A stretch of DNA of 20,000 bases. It comes from an uncultured virus (IMG/VR IMGVR_UViG_3300031951_000030) (Duplodnaviria > Heunggongvirae > Uroviricota > Caudoviricetes). The notes below the pieces were generated by a model. That model saw nothing but the letters and a program-made list of their open reading frames with translations. It searched no databases and was not told the origin of the DNA. The translations under genes were made by a program, and so were the position numbers. This document shows positions 8,602 through 17,631 of the stretch, piece after piece; position 1 is the first letter of the stretch; each line of letters opens with the position of its first letter. Location: IMG/VR virus record IMGVR_UViG_3300031951_000030; one strand, written 5' to 3'.

Positions 8602-10629
8602 TTATAAAGCTCTTCCTTTTATATCTTTGTTAGGGTATCTTACTTCGAAAACACAAGGGTCTAATGATGGGTATACCACTTTACCTCTAGTTGCTTCATC
8701 GATATTGTATTTATTTGGTGAATAATTTCCATCTCCACCACATAAGTTTGAAATCTTAACAGATGGAACACTCATGACTCCTTCTACATTTGCAAGTATT
8801 AATTCTAATTCAGAAATGTTTATTGGTTTATTGAATGTCCAATTATCTATATTAAAATAATCTTGTATTTTAACTAAACAATTAGCAACCACTTCTCTTT
8901 TATTGTAATTTGAATAACATATTACATCAAAGTCAACACCTATGTTTACAATGAATCCATCAATCATATTTACCGCATCGGTAATCAATCGATATTCACC
9001 TAAATAAGTTTTAAGATTTTGTTTAACTGCTTGATTTAAATTTACCAAATGTTTGTTAGAATCATACCCCAAAACATACATATTGATAGCAAATGGATTA
9101 TTTACTTCATTTAATGATGATTTTTTAGTTGAAAGGTATTTAATTAATTGTCCTTGAATATCCGATTTACTCATACCCTTAAATCCATCTACTAAATTAG
9201 TAAATTCTGCAATAGATGCTGGGCTAGATAAAATAGATGCAGGTGAATTGTTGTCTATCTCTCCATCTTGAGATACATACACCTTCGCAACTGAACCATA
9301 TCTTTCTGGCAATGATAATGCTCTTACTATATAATCCTGTTTAGTTACTGCTCTGTTTTGTGAACCAAATGTTGCTAAAGCGTTTTGTCTGATTTCTTCA
9401 ATAGATTCTGCCCCTCTACCACCTATTGCAGGTTCTAAATTTTCTACTGCAATTGATGATTTGAATGAGTTATACATACCAACAATGTCCGTTGGGATAG
9501 CCAGTAAATCATCATCGAATTCAATTTTTTGAATTTTTGTTAAATCACCAACATTAACATTTGATGCAATTCCTCCACCTGTTAAGTATTTTATACTCAA
9601 CACTTGCCCAGCAGGTGCTATGCCAAATGTGTTTGTTTTTAAAAAGTTAGATGGGTCAATTCCTTGATTCAATCTATTAATAGAATTTGCCAAACCTAAT
9701 CCTATATTTTTTGTATTAGGTAGTATTTGCTCATCTCTTAAATTAACATCACCACTACCAAATTGTATTTCAGTTGTATTATCCGAATTAATTTTTACAG
9801 AAAATCTACGAGGTACTTTTTGTACTTCTAAAATATATGGTACTGAACCAGAATACTGTGATAAATCATTCACATTGGGTTGTTCTACAAATATACTTTC
9901 TTGAGCCAAATATGGAACTTCATAATATCTGTTGTTATTGGAATCAGTTATTGATACTATTTGTATGATATTAGTTTCGGATAATTGAATAGATGGGTAA
10001 TCAGTATCACTACCCAATGTAATAGCAGTAGTATTTTCTTTAGCTGAAATGGCTTTAATTTTTTTGGATACTAAATATTGAGTAGGGGTACCAGTTGTAG
10101 CATCCCTTTCGTATACTTCAATTGTTCTATCCGTTGGATTTTCAAAATCGATTGCATCGGTAGTTATAAAAGATACATTACTATTTGTGGAGGATTGTAC
10201 CTCAAATCCAGCTTTTATTTTAAAATAAAATCTACTATCTGCGGAATAATTAACACCACCATTTTCAACTTCAAAAACCGATGGTATTAATTGATAAACA
10301 GTCAGTGTGGTTATAGCGGGTGAAGTTACTTTAGGTTTATATCCCATAGATTGAGCCAATGAAACCACATTTTTACGTTCCGTAGCATGGGATAACATTG
10401 ATTCTTTTAATTGAGTATCTTGGTAAAATGAAAGAACATCTCCAATTGCAGCAGCCTGTTCAATAAACACCATACCAGGTGATGCTTCATTAAAATCTGA
10501 ATATGTATTTGGGAAATAGGTTTTAGTAAAATCTATTAAATTTTGCTTAAACGTGGCAAAATCTTTACCAATGTAATTGATGTTTTTAGTATCACTACCC
10601 CAACTTTTGTTTGATGGATTAATTGCCAT
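8602..10629 (-). CDS. Baseplate wedge protein (T4 gp6 / baseplate J-like)
   Basis: N-terminal 'DFATFKQNLIDF...YSDFNEASPG...GDVLSFYQD...ATERKNVVSLAQSMGYKP', 'IQFGSG', 'YLTGGG..SNV' and 'GGRGAESIEEIR.NA...F.SQNRAVTKQDY' are characteristic of gp6/J-like proteins; adjacent to gp25. Confidence 0.9.
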   Translation of the reverse strand: MAINPSNKSWGSDTKNINYIGKDFATFKQNLIDFTKTYFPNTYSDFNEASPGMVFIEQAAAIGDVLSFYQDTQLKESMLSHATERKNVVSLAQSMGYKPKVTSPAITTLTVYQLIPSVFEVENGGVNYSADSRFYFKIKAGFEVQSSTNSNVSFITTDAIDFENPTDRTIEVYERDATTGTPTQYLVSKKIKAISAKENTTAITLGSDTDYPSIQLSETNIIQIVSITDSNNNRYYEVPYLAQESIFVEQPNVNDLSQYSGSVPYILEVQKVPRRFSVKINSDNTTEIQFGSGDVNLRDEQILPNTKNIGLGLANSINRLNQGIDPSNFLKTNTFGIAPAGQVLSIKYLTGGGIASNVNVGDLTKIQKIEFDDDLLAIPTDIVGMYNSFKSSIAVENLEPAIGGRGAESIEEIRQNALATFGSQNRAVTKQDYIVRALSLPERYGSVAKVYVSQDGEIDNNSPASILSSPASIAEFTNLVDGFKGMSKSDIQGQLIKYLSTKKSSLNEVNNPFAINMYVLGYDSNKHLVNLNQAVKQNLKTYLGEYRLITDAVNMIDGFIVNIGVDFDVICYSNYNKREVVANCLVKIQDYFNIDNWTFNKPINISELELILANVEGVMSVPSVKISNLCGGDGNYSPNKYNIDEATRGKVVYPSLDPCVFEVRYPNKDIKGRAL

Positions 10630-10631
10630 TA

Positions 10632-11069
10632 CTAATTATTTATGTTTATTTGTACTGATTCTGTTAAATTTGGATTTGATGCTAAAGAAAATTGAATGTC
10701 CAATGATATTCTGTTTGTATCAATATCATTATCATCGTAATCAAATACTATTGAAGTTAAACTTAAATATGGTAACCAAGTATCAACTGCATCTACAATA
10801 GATGTTTCAATTCTTGACTCAATAGTAGCACCGTCCATCTGTTCAAATAACACCAACCAAACATCACACCCAAATTCAGGATTCATTAATCTTTCTCCTT
10901 TTTTTGTTAGGATTAGGTTTTTTAAATTATCTTTTGCTTGAGTTAGAGTAGTATAATTTGTAGAAAATACACCATTAGAATTTGAAGATTTGTTTATCCC
11001 AATTCCTAATACTTTATAATCATTTTCAGCTAAATCCGCTACTTTTACATTACCTAACTCTATTGCCAT
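10632..11069 (-). CDS. Baseplate wedge subunit, GPW/gp25 family
   Basis: 'NLKNLILTKKGERLMNPEFGC...LFE...I..AVDTWLP' is the gp25-family signature. Confidence 0.92.
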   Translation of the reverse strand: MAIELGNVKVADLAENDYKVLGIGINKSSNSNGVFSTNYTTLTQAKDNLKNLILTKKGERLMNPEFGCDVWLVLFEQMDGATIESRIETSIVDAVDTWLPYLSLTSIVFDYDDNDIDTNRISLDIQFSLASNPNLTESVQININN

Positions 11070-11593
11070 TATTTAAATCTTTTTACTAATTCTGAATAAT
11101 CTCTTGATAATGCCTTTATTGTAGCATCTTGTAATCCATCACCCGTAGATTCAAAGTTTGGAACATTAGATGGTACATTTACCTCTCTAAAATCCATAGT
11201 TTCCCATTCACTCTCATCAACTCTTAATTCAGGTTTAATCATATCTAATACACTCCCAACTGCTTGAGCACCTTCCTTACGTTGTTCTGATGAAAATGGT
11301 TGGGTCATATTTAGAATCTCATTTATCATCGGGTCTTTTGAAAATTCCTTTTTGATTTGAGGTTTTTGTTGAGGTTGTACCACCTTTCTACTTTGTTGTA
11401 AAGCATTATTCGCAGCTGCAAATGGGTCTACTGATTTAATAGCCTCCTTTAAAGTAGGTGCGGTTGATGCTTTAGGTAAATTTGGAGTAACTGCACCAGA
11501 TTTGATAAGTTTAGCAACTTCCTCTTTTACTTGTGCTTTTACTTCATTCTTAACCACTTCTTTAATTAGTGATACTAAAATGTCTGATTTCAT
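11069..11593 (-). CDS. Hypothetical phage protein
   Basis: 174-aa ORF; its stop overlaps the gp25 start (TAATG) and it is preceded by the shared promoter-like motif. Confidence 0.7.
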   Translation of the reverse strand: MKSDILVSLIKEVVKNEVKAQVKEEVAKLIKSGAVTPNLPKASTAPTLKEAIKSVDPFAAANNALQQSRKVVQPQQKPQIKKEFSKDPMINEILNMTQPFSSEQRKEGAQAVGSVLDMIKPELRVDESEWETMDFREVNVPSNVPNFESTGDGLQDATIKALSRDYSELVKRFK

Positions 11594-11599
11594 AAAAAT

Positions 11600-11629
11600 T
11601 ATTGTTCTGTTTGTTAATAAATATAATAA
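11600..11629 (-). promoter_or_regulatory. Candidate phage late promoter/leader (ATATTTATT at 11624-11616, followed by AACAAACAGAACAAT)
   Basis: Near-copy of 21-49; core is 22 nt upstream of the ATG at 11593. Confidence 0.6.
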
Positions 11630-11647
11630 GTTAAAATTTACACCGAT

Positions 11648-12634
11648 TTATCTTGAGGCAAGTAGTGTAGATGATTCTATTAGTTCTGCTTCATCTCCAT
11701 ATATTATAGATTTTATAGCTGCTGCGATTTCTGGTTCTTGAGTTTGCTCACCTTCTATAAATCCTTTAGCGATAGCAGTTCCAATTGCAGAAAGTGTATC
11801 AGTTTGATTTTCCGTTTGAGTTATAGCACTCGTTGCATCTAATGCAGTATCTACACCAACTATTGCTATACCACCCGCGAGTGATACCATATCTTTAAAA
11901 TCTAAAGAAGATAATGGACTACCACTAAATGGTTTAACAAAATAACCAGCCCATGGTAAAACTCCAGGAGCAGGTGGGGCAGGTGGAGGGTATGTACAAT
12001 TACAAGTAAATAATCCACCTACCGTTAGTAAATGTACTGATGCGGATATTATAAAATTTAATAAAAATGGTGAAATACTAGCCATTGGTGGTACAACAAT
12101 TGGTGTCCATATTCCAGGAGATAAATTCAAACCAGTATTTGTTGTTAAATTTGCAACTGCACCAATACATGGTATATTTGGAACAGGTATTTTAGCAGAA
12201 GTTGCACCTAACCAATATGCCTGAATCGCAGGTCCAATATCTCTTAACAAATCTCCAGTTTTACTTAATGTAGTTGTATTCAAAATTAAAAGTAAAGTTG
12301 ACTCCATTAAAGCAACATTGCCTCCTGTGAATGGAACACCTCCTATCAAAGTTTTACCACCTCGTATAGCTTTATCATATTCTTCGGTTAAAGATTGAGC
12401 GAATGAGTAGTTGTTTGCTATATTATTTAAATCTGTTTCAGGGAAAAAATCACCAATAACACCAGTATCACCCAATACAGAAGTACCTCCCACAACCGAA
12501 GAAGCTACCGCTGCTATTTTAGATTTAGCAACATTTTCTGCCATTTCTAATGACATATTTAAATAAAAGTCCGACCAACTATTAGAAATTCCTCCTTTAA
12601 AAAGTTGTTTTGCCGCATTTAAATTTATAGCCAT
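11648..12634 (-). CDS. Hypothetical hydrophobic Gly/Ala/Pro-rich protein coupled to the spike gene
   Basis: 328-aa ORF; its start overlaps the stop of the gp5-like gene (TAATG); long uncharged stretches. Confidence 0.65.
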   Translation of the reverse strand: MAINLNAAKQLFKGGISNSWSDFYLNMSLEMAENVAKSKIAAVASSVVGGTSVLGDTGVIGDFFPETDLNNIANNYSFAQSLTEEYDKAIRGGKTLIGGVPFTGGNVALMESTLLLILNTTTLSKTGDLLRDIGPAIQAYWLGATSAKIPVPNIPCIGAVANLTTNTGLNLSPGIWTPIVVPPMASISPFLLNFIISASVHLLTVGGLFTCNCTYPPPAPPAPGVLPWAGYFVKPFSGSPLSSLDFKDMVSLAGGIAIVGVDTALDATSAITQTENQTDTLSAIGTAIAKGFIEGEQTQEPEIAAAIKSIIYGDEAELIESSTLLASR

Positions 12635-13878
12635 TAGGTTTTACTTAAATAATTATTAGCAGATAATATGGTTTTTAATTGTGAGTTTATTGATTGAAAT
12701 GCTGCAGCGTTTTCTGGACCAACTTTCGATGGACCAGATGGTGTTAAGTAATTTTGTTGTAAAATCGCACTTATTAAATCTTTTAATATCTTAACAAGTT
12801 CCCCACCCAATACCATTTGTTGTACAGCCGCTCCTTCTTGTCCTACTCCACTATTCTTTCCTATAAATACTTTACCACTATCGGAATTAAGAAATATCTG
12901 ATTAGAACCTTTTGAGTGTAATGTTATATTTTTATTATTGTGAATATAAACTTCTTGCTCTGCATCAACTGTAAAATTACCATCAGTTAGTATTCCAGTA
13001 TTTCCTTTTCCAAATATAATAAATTCACTTGCTTTTGATGAAAGGATTATTCTATCTGAATTTATAAATAATTGGTCACCTTTTAACGAATCGGATGATG
13101 GATATCCTTTGAATGCAGTTTTAGTTTTAGCTACGGTTTCTTTAAAAGGTACTTTAACTTTATTAGAAGTTATATAAATTGATGTACCATCTTTGTTAAT
13201 ATCTTCATCTACTAATTCACCTATTTTTTTTGAATCTAATTCTGGATTCTGTTTATTACGAATGAATATAGATGGGGATGATGTTTTACTATCTTCAGTT
13301 AAAAAAAACTCACTAAAACGAATTGTGTTGCCAACTCTACCACTTATAATAGTATCACCGTTTGATGGTTTTAAAAATTTAATTTTTTCATTTACCGAAT
13401 ACTCGTTTTTATCTTTAGTTTTAGTTTTTGCATTTGTCTTACCACCAGTAGCAGCAGTATTAGCCATAGAACCACCACCTTGTTTTCCAGCAGGCACTTC
13501 TACATCTTCCTCTAACGTAGCGTAATAGGTTGTGTAATCTCTTCTATAATTTGAATAAGGAGTATTGGTATATGGTAGATAAAATGATTGATTGTGTAAT
13601 TTTACTATCACTACCGTTTCTCCTTTGATTGGAAATGTAAAATTATTTTTATCAAATGGAAATGCGTAATCATCTACTTTGATATTACTTTCTCTTCGAT
13701 AAGTAATGGCACCGTACATTCTAGCATCTTTGTCAGAAAATGCTTTATTATCGTTGTATACCGAAATAGCATCAAGTCCAGCTTCACCTGCTTCTTTAGT
13801 TAATAATTCGGTTGTTGTACCATATACATTATCTACTGTTGCTAAAAATCCAAATATGTTACTTTGGGTATCTGCCAT
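12634..13878 (-). CDS. Probable central spike/baseplate hub protein (gp5/gpV-like: OB-fold plus beta-helix)
   Basis: 'FPIKGETVVIV' resembles the P..G..V motif of gp5/gpV OB-folds. Repeating short beta strands follow ('INSDRIILSSK...FTVDAEQEVYIH...ITLHS...IFLNS...VFIG'), then 'MVLGGELVKIL...TPSGPS'. Located upstream of gp25/gp6. Confidence 0.65.
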   Translation of the reverse strand: MADTQSNIFGFLATVDNVYGTTTELLTKEAGEAGLDAISVYNDNKAFSDKDARMYGAITYRRESNIKVDDYAFPFDKNNFTFPIKGETVVIVKLHNQSFYLPYTNTPYSNYRRDYTTYYATLEEDVEVPAGKQGGGSMANTAATGGKTNAKTKTKDKNEYSVNEKIKFLKPSNGDTIISGRVGNTIRFSEFFLTEDSKTSSPSIFIRNKQNPELDSKKIGELVDEDINKDGTSIYITSNKVKVPFKETVAKTKTAFKGYPSSDSLKGDQLFINSDRIILSSKASEFIIFGKGNTGILTDGNFTVDAEQEVYIHNNKNITLHSKGSNQIFLNSDSGKVFIGKNSGVGQEGAAVQQMVLGGELVKILKDLISAILQQNYLTPSGPSKVGPENAAAFQSINSQLKTILSANNYLSKT

Positions 13879-14282
13879 TATAATTTAGTTTTTATCTCTT
13901 CAATTTCGACCTGAATATCTAATAACTTTTCATCGTTCTTCTTGTCCAATTCATTTACCGTATCTTCTAATTCGGTAAGCAATTGAGCCTTTTCATGTTC
14001 ACTCAACCAACCATCTTCACCTATACCTTTAGCTTCAGCCTGTGCCAATCTCTGTGCAATTGTAGCCAACTTAATTAAATGGTCATCATTCTTAATGGAT
14101 GAATCGATTAGGTCTCTAATAATGGGAGCTATTACAGTTGCTTCACCTACACTTTTAATTAACTTACGAAGTGATTCAATCATTTCTGAAATGTTCTTCT
14201 TCTTTACTTGTTGATTATCGTAAATATCTTTGAATAGTGATGATAAGTTTTTACCATCAAATAATTGAAATTCTGCGCTCAT
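13878..14282 (-). CDS. Hypothetical helical phage protein, first gene of the structural block
   Basis: 134-aa ORF, TAATG-coupled to the spike gene and preceded by the shared motif. Confidence 0.7.
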   Translation of the reverse strand: MSAEFQLFDGKNLSSLFKDIYDNQQVKKKNISEMIESLRKLIKSVGEATVIAPIIRDLIDSSIKNDDHLIKLATIAQRLAQAEAKGIGEDGWLSEHEKAQLLTELEDTVNELDKKNDEKLLDIQVEIEEIKTKL

Positions 14283-14310
14283 ATTATGTTGTTCTTTACT
14301 ATATAATTAT
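14283..14310 (-). promoter_or_regulatory. Candidate phage late promoter (ATAATTATA at 14310-14302, followed by TAGTAAAGAACAAC)
   Basis: Variant of the shared motif, 19 nt upstream of the ATG at 14282, at the accessory/structural boundary. Confidence 0.45.
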
Positions 14311-14341
14311 AAAGTTATTCACTTATTAGATTGTATTCGTA

Positions 14342-16039
14342 TTATATCTTACTTATTATGTAATTACCAATAACTAAATAATCCATATCACAATTTTTAA
14401 ATGTGTTAACCGCAGTGTACGGGTCATTAACCATTGTTTGTCCTCTTAAATTAAAAGATGTATTCAATAGTATAGGTGTTCCACTTACTTTTTCAAATGC
14501 TTTTAACAATTCATAATACAGAGGATTTTGTTGACTTTTTACCGTTTGAATTCGTGCACTATTATCTACATGAGTTACGGATGGGATTGGTATTTCGGAA
14601 ATTACTTGTACAACCTGATTCATGTATGGAACATCTTCTTCTGATTTAAAGTATTGTTGATAATCTTCGTGAGTTACGGATGGAGCAAATGGTCTAAACA
14701 TTTCCCTCTTTTTGACAACCTTATTTATCCTATCTCTAACATCTGGTAAATGTGGATTGGCTAAAATAGAACGATTACCTAATGCTCTTGCACCGAATTC
14801 AGTTCTACCTTGAAACCATCCTATGATATTACCTTCATTGATTAACTCTGCGGTTTTATTTAATAACTCATCTGAATTTTTATAGTATTTAAACGATATA
14901 TCTCCGATTCTATCTATAATGTTTAATACATATTCTTTACTAAATTCGGGTCCTAAATATGGGGATTGGTTATCACCACCTTTTACTTTAGGATTTCCAA
15001 TTACATCATGCCACACATATAAACATGCTCCAATTGCAGAACCCGCATCAGATGGTGCGTATGGAATCCAAACATTTTTTATTGCACAATGTTTTTTTAT
15101 TTTACCATTAGCAGTTCCATTATATGCACATCCTCCACCTAATACTAAATTTGAATTATCGGAATGACTGCATGAGTTATTGATAATATAATACAAACAT
15201 CTCTCATACCATCGTTGTAAAGCAGCAGCTAAATCCATATGATGTTGTTCTAATTTAGATTCAGGTTCACGTGGTTCAAATCCTATCAATTTAACCAAAT
15301 CCAATGTAAACATATCCGTATTAGAATACTCCCATGTAAAATACTTCTGATTTATATCAACCAAATTAACAGTATCCAATGATGCGAATGTATCAAATAA
15401 TTCGTTATATTTTGAAGAATCTCCGTATGGAGCCAATCCCATTACTTTGTACTCACCACTATTTGGTTTAAATCCCAAATATGAAGTTATAGTTGAATAT
15501 ATTAATCCCAATGAATTTGGGAATTTGACTGTTTTAATTTCAATAATACCATTTGAATTACATTCTGCAATGGATATGGTATCCCATTCACCAACCCCAT
15601 CAATTGAAATTCCAATAGCTTTATCAAAAGGTGAGGTATAAAAAGATAAAGCCAAATGAGATAAGTGATGTTTTGTAAATGTAATTACTCCATCGTATCC
15701 AATAGCATCTTTTATATATTTTTTTAAATTACCTTGAGTTGCTTTAAATTCTTTTTTAAATTTATTCCAAGTTTTGAAATACTTAATCCATCTCTTTCCT
15801 AATGTCTTACTAACTCTATCATATTTGATATTTGGTACTTCATACCAACACACCATATCAACTTCATCTATTGTAATTTGTGCATGAGATAGACATGCTT
15901 CTATGGCCTTAAACGGAAAAGAGTTGTCGTGCTTTATACCCGACAACTTCTCTTCTTCTATTGCAAATACTACCTTACCATCTATAACTAATGCCGCAGC
16001 TGAATCGTGGTAAAATGCTGATAATCCTAATTGAATCAT
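14342..16039 (-). CDS. O-carbamoyltransferase, NodU/CmcH/TobZ family
   Basis: Complete motif set: HDSAAA, HHLSH, DGVGE, EYKVMGLAPYG, GGCAYN, SDAGSAIG, GWFQGR.EFGARALGNRSILA, KREMFRPFAP, HVDNSARIQTV, LNTSFN. Confidence 0.95.
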   Translation of the reverse strand: MIQLGLSAFYHDSAAALVIDGKVVFAIEEEKLSGIKHDNSFPFKAIEACLSHAQITIDEVDMVCWYEVPNIKYDRVSKTLGKRWIKYFKTWNKFKKEFKATQGNLKKYIKDAIGYDGVITFTKHHLSHLALSFYTSPFDKAIGISIDGVGEWDTISIAECNSNGIIEIKTVKFPNSLGLIYSTITSYLGFKPNSGEYKVMGLAPYGDSSKYNELFDTFASLDTVNLVDINQKYFTWEYSNTDMFTLDLVKLIGFEPREPESKLEQHHMDLAAALQRWYERCLYYIINNSCSHSDNSNLVLGGGCAYNGTANGKIKKHCAIKNVWIPYAPSDAGSAIGACLYVWHDVIGNPKVKGGDNQSPYLGPEFSKEYVLNIIDRIGDISFKYYKNSDELLNKTAELINEGNIIGWFQGRTEFGARALGNRSILANPHLPDVRDRINKVVKKREMFRPFAPSVTHEDYQQYFKSEEDVPYMNQVVQVISEIPIPSVTHVDNSARIQTVKSQQNPLYYELLKAFEKVSGTPILLNTSFNLRGQTMVNDPYTAVNTFKNCDMDYLVIGNYIISKI

Positions 16040-16043
16040 AATC

Positions 16044-16733
16044 TTAAATTTTTATGTCACCATCTCTTTCGAACTCATTATATAGTTCCATTTGTCTTTC
16101 TCTCATCTTATTAACAACTTTAGTAATATAATGAGTTGGGTGTCCTGTCATTTCTCTAATAAGTAGATATAATGATTTTTTATTAAAATTTTCTATGTAT
16201 TCTGCTCTTCTAAATAATTCCAATACGGAATCTGCTATTTGTAAATCTCTTTTTTTAGGAAAGAAGTTTTCCAAATGTTTATCCCAATAGTTCAACATTA
16301 CTACATTAAAAGTTCTATGGTCATCATTACGAACTTCTTCTGTAAAATTGTTTTCAGTATCCCAATGGTCTGGCATTGCAGACATTATATCGGTATCTTT
16401 GTATCTTTTGTAATTTGCGTTGTTATTTAAAATTAAATAATTCCTAGCAACAATTGTAAAATACGAAAAGGCTTTACCCTTTCCATTTTTATACATATGA
16501 ATCTTCTCAATCATAAACGCAACTACTTCACACATCACATCCTGTGGGTCATCATCGAAATATGAAAACTTCCATTTGTTATAAACTATTTCTGCTAGTT
16601 TATCAAATGCAGGTTTAATTCTATCTCTATATAATAAATCTTTAACACGCTGATTATCCGATAGATTATATTCGATAATAGCTTGTTCCGTATCTGATGT
16701 AAAGTATTGTTTATTTTTGGCTTTTCTAGGCAT
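16044..16733 (-). CDS. Phage-encoded RNA polymerase sigma-factor-like protein (sigma70 region 2-like; possible late sigma)
   Basis: 'DPQDVMCEVVAFMIEKIHMYKNGKGKAFSYFTIVARNYLI' resembles sigma region 2.2-2.4 and the FAYFT segment of T4 gp55-like factors; C-terminal helix-turn-helix-like 'IREMTGHPTHYITKVVNKMR'. Confidence 0.7.
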   Translation of the reverse strand: MPRKAKNKQYFTSDTEQAIIEYNLSDNQRVKDLLYRDRIKPAFDKLAEIVYNKWKFSYFDDDPQDVMCEVVAFMIEKIHMYKNGKGKAFSYFTIVARNYLILNNNANYKRYKDTDIMSAMPDHWDTENNFTEEVRNDDHRTFNVVMLNYWDKHLENFFPKKRDLQIADSVLELFRRAEYIENFNKKSLYLLIREMTGHPTHYITKVVNKMRERQMELYNEFERDGDIKI

Positions 16734-16734
16734 T

Positions 16735-16977
16735 TTAATTAAATTGTTTGAATCTTTCGATAGTTTCTTTTATTTGATAAAATATAGAACCTACTTCATC
16801 ATCCTTCTCAAACATTTCACGACTATCAATTTGTCGTAATGCCTCCAGTAATGCTTCGTTTCTTTGAGTTTCTATTTCTACAAACTCTTCGTATTTTTCT
16901 AACTTTTTTAATAAGTTAAAAATAATGTAAATACATAATACGAATAATAAGGTGATTATAAATAAAGCTATTTCCAT
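16735..16977 (-). CDS. Small single-pass membrane protein
   Basis: 80 aa; N-terminal hydrophobic helix (IALFIITLLFVLCIYIIFNLL) then a charged helical tail; fills the gap between its neighbours with 1-2 nt spacing. Confidence 0.75.
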   Translation of the reverse strand: MEIALFIITLLFVLCIYIIFNLLKKLEKYEEFVEIETQRNEALLEALRQIDSREMFEKDDEVGSIFYQIKETIERFKQFN

Positions 16978-16979
16978 AA

Positions 16980-17627
16980 TTACACTATTTCATATCCTTG
17001 TAAAAAATAATTATTTGCTTTTTTGTATTTAACCTCAACCAGTTCACCAGTTGGTGATTTCATTACAATTTTATCATTTCTACCATAATTATTTTTCTTT
17101 ACGATAGTTGTAGAATAAACCCTATCTTTAATAGTTATTCCATCTAAATGGTCAATTTCATGCTGAACGATAACAGTCATCATTGTTTCAATTGAAACTC
17201 TTTCATCAGCTTTATCTCCTTCTGGATTGATTTCAAATTCCAATTCTCCCAAATTATCAGTTTGAACTTTAATTTTACAAGACCTAATAGTTCGTAATGG
17301 GTTTTCAATGGTTTTAGGAATGGATAAACATCCTTCATAAAAAAGAAATCCTTCTTTAGACCGTTCTGTAATAACGGGATTCACTAAAAATAGTTCTCTA
17401 CTATCTTCATCGTACCCAAACTTAATATAACATGCTCTTTTTTTAATACCCAATTGAGTTGCAGATATACCTAATCCTGGGTATTCGTTTAATCCATCTT
17501 TCAGAGTTTGTTCTAATTCATCTGCTTCTTTAGCAGTAATTTCGGTTTTGGGGACGCGTGTTAAAAGAAACTCGCTAAATTCTTTAGATTGTAATCCGTT
17601 TGATGCTTTGTCTGTAATTAATTTCAT
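16980..17627 (-). CDS. def: Peptide deformylase
   Basis: All three PDF motifs are present: GLGISATQ (GxGxxAxQ), EGCLS and QHEIDHLDG (HExDH). Confidence 0.95.
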   Translation of the reverse strand: MKLITDKASNGLQSKEFSEFLLTRVPKTEITAKEADELEQTLKDGLNEYPGLGISATQLGIKKRACYIKFGYDEDSRELFLVNPVITERSKEGFLFYEGCLSIPKTIENPLRTIRSCKIKVQTDNLGELEFEINPEGDKADERVSIETMMTVIVQHEIDHLDGITIKDRVYSTTIVKKNNYGRNDKIVMKSPTGELVEVKYKKANNYFLQGYEIV

Positions 17628-17631
17628 ATTT

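Noticed and set aside
8602..13878. Bacterial extracellular contractile injection system or T6SS locus instead of a phage
   Set aside because: T4 gp6-like wedge, adjacent phage-type sigma, single-strand dense packing with auxiliary genes, and no AAA ATPase or T6SS membrane-complex genes in the window favour a phage genome.
14283..14341. Intrinsic terminator between the carbamoyltransferase and the structural block
   Set aside because: Only an AT-only palindrome (TATAATTATA, 14302-14311) is present; no GC-rich stem with a U-tract. None was found in the other gaps either.
16735..16977. Holin or spanin call for the 80-aa membrane protein
   Set aside because: No endolysin or lipoprotein partner nearby, and it lies in the accessory operon; topology alone is insufficient.
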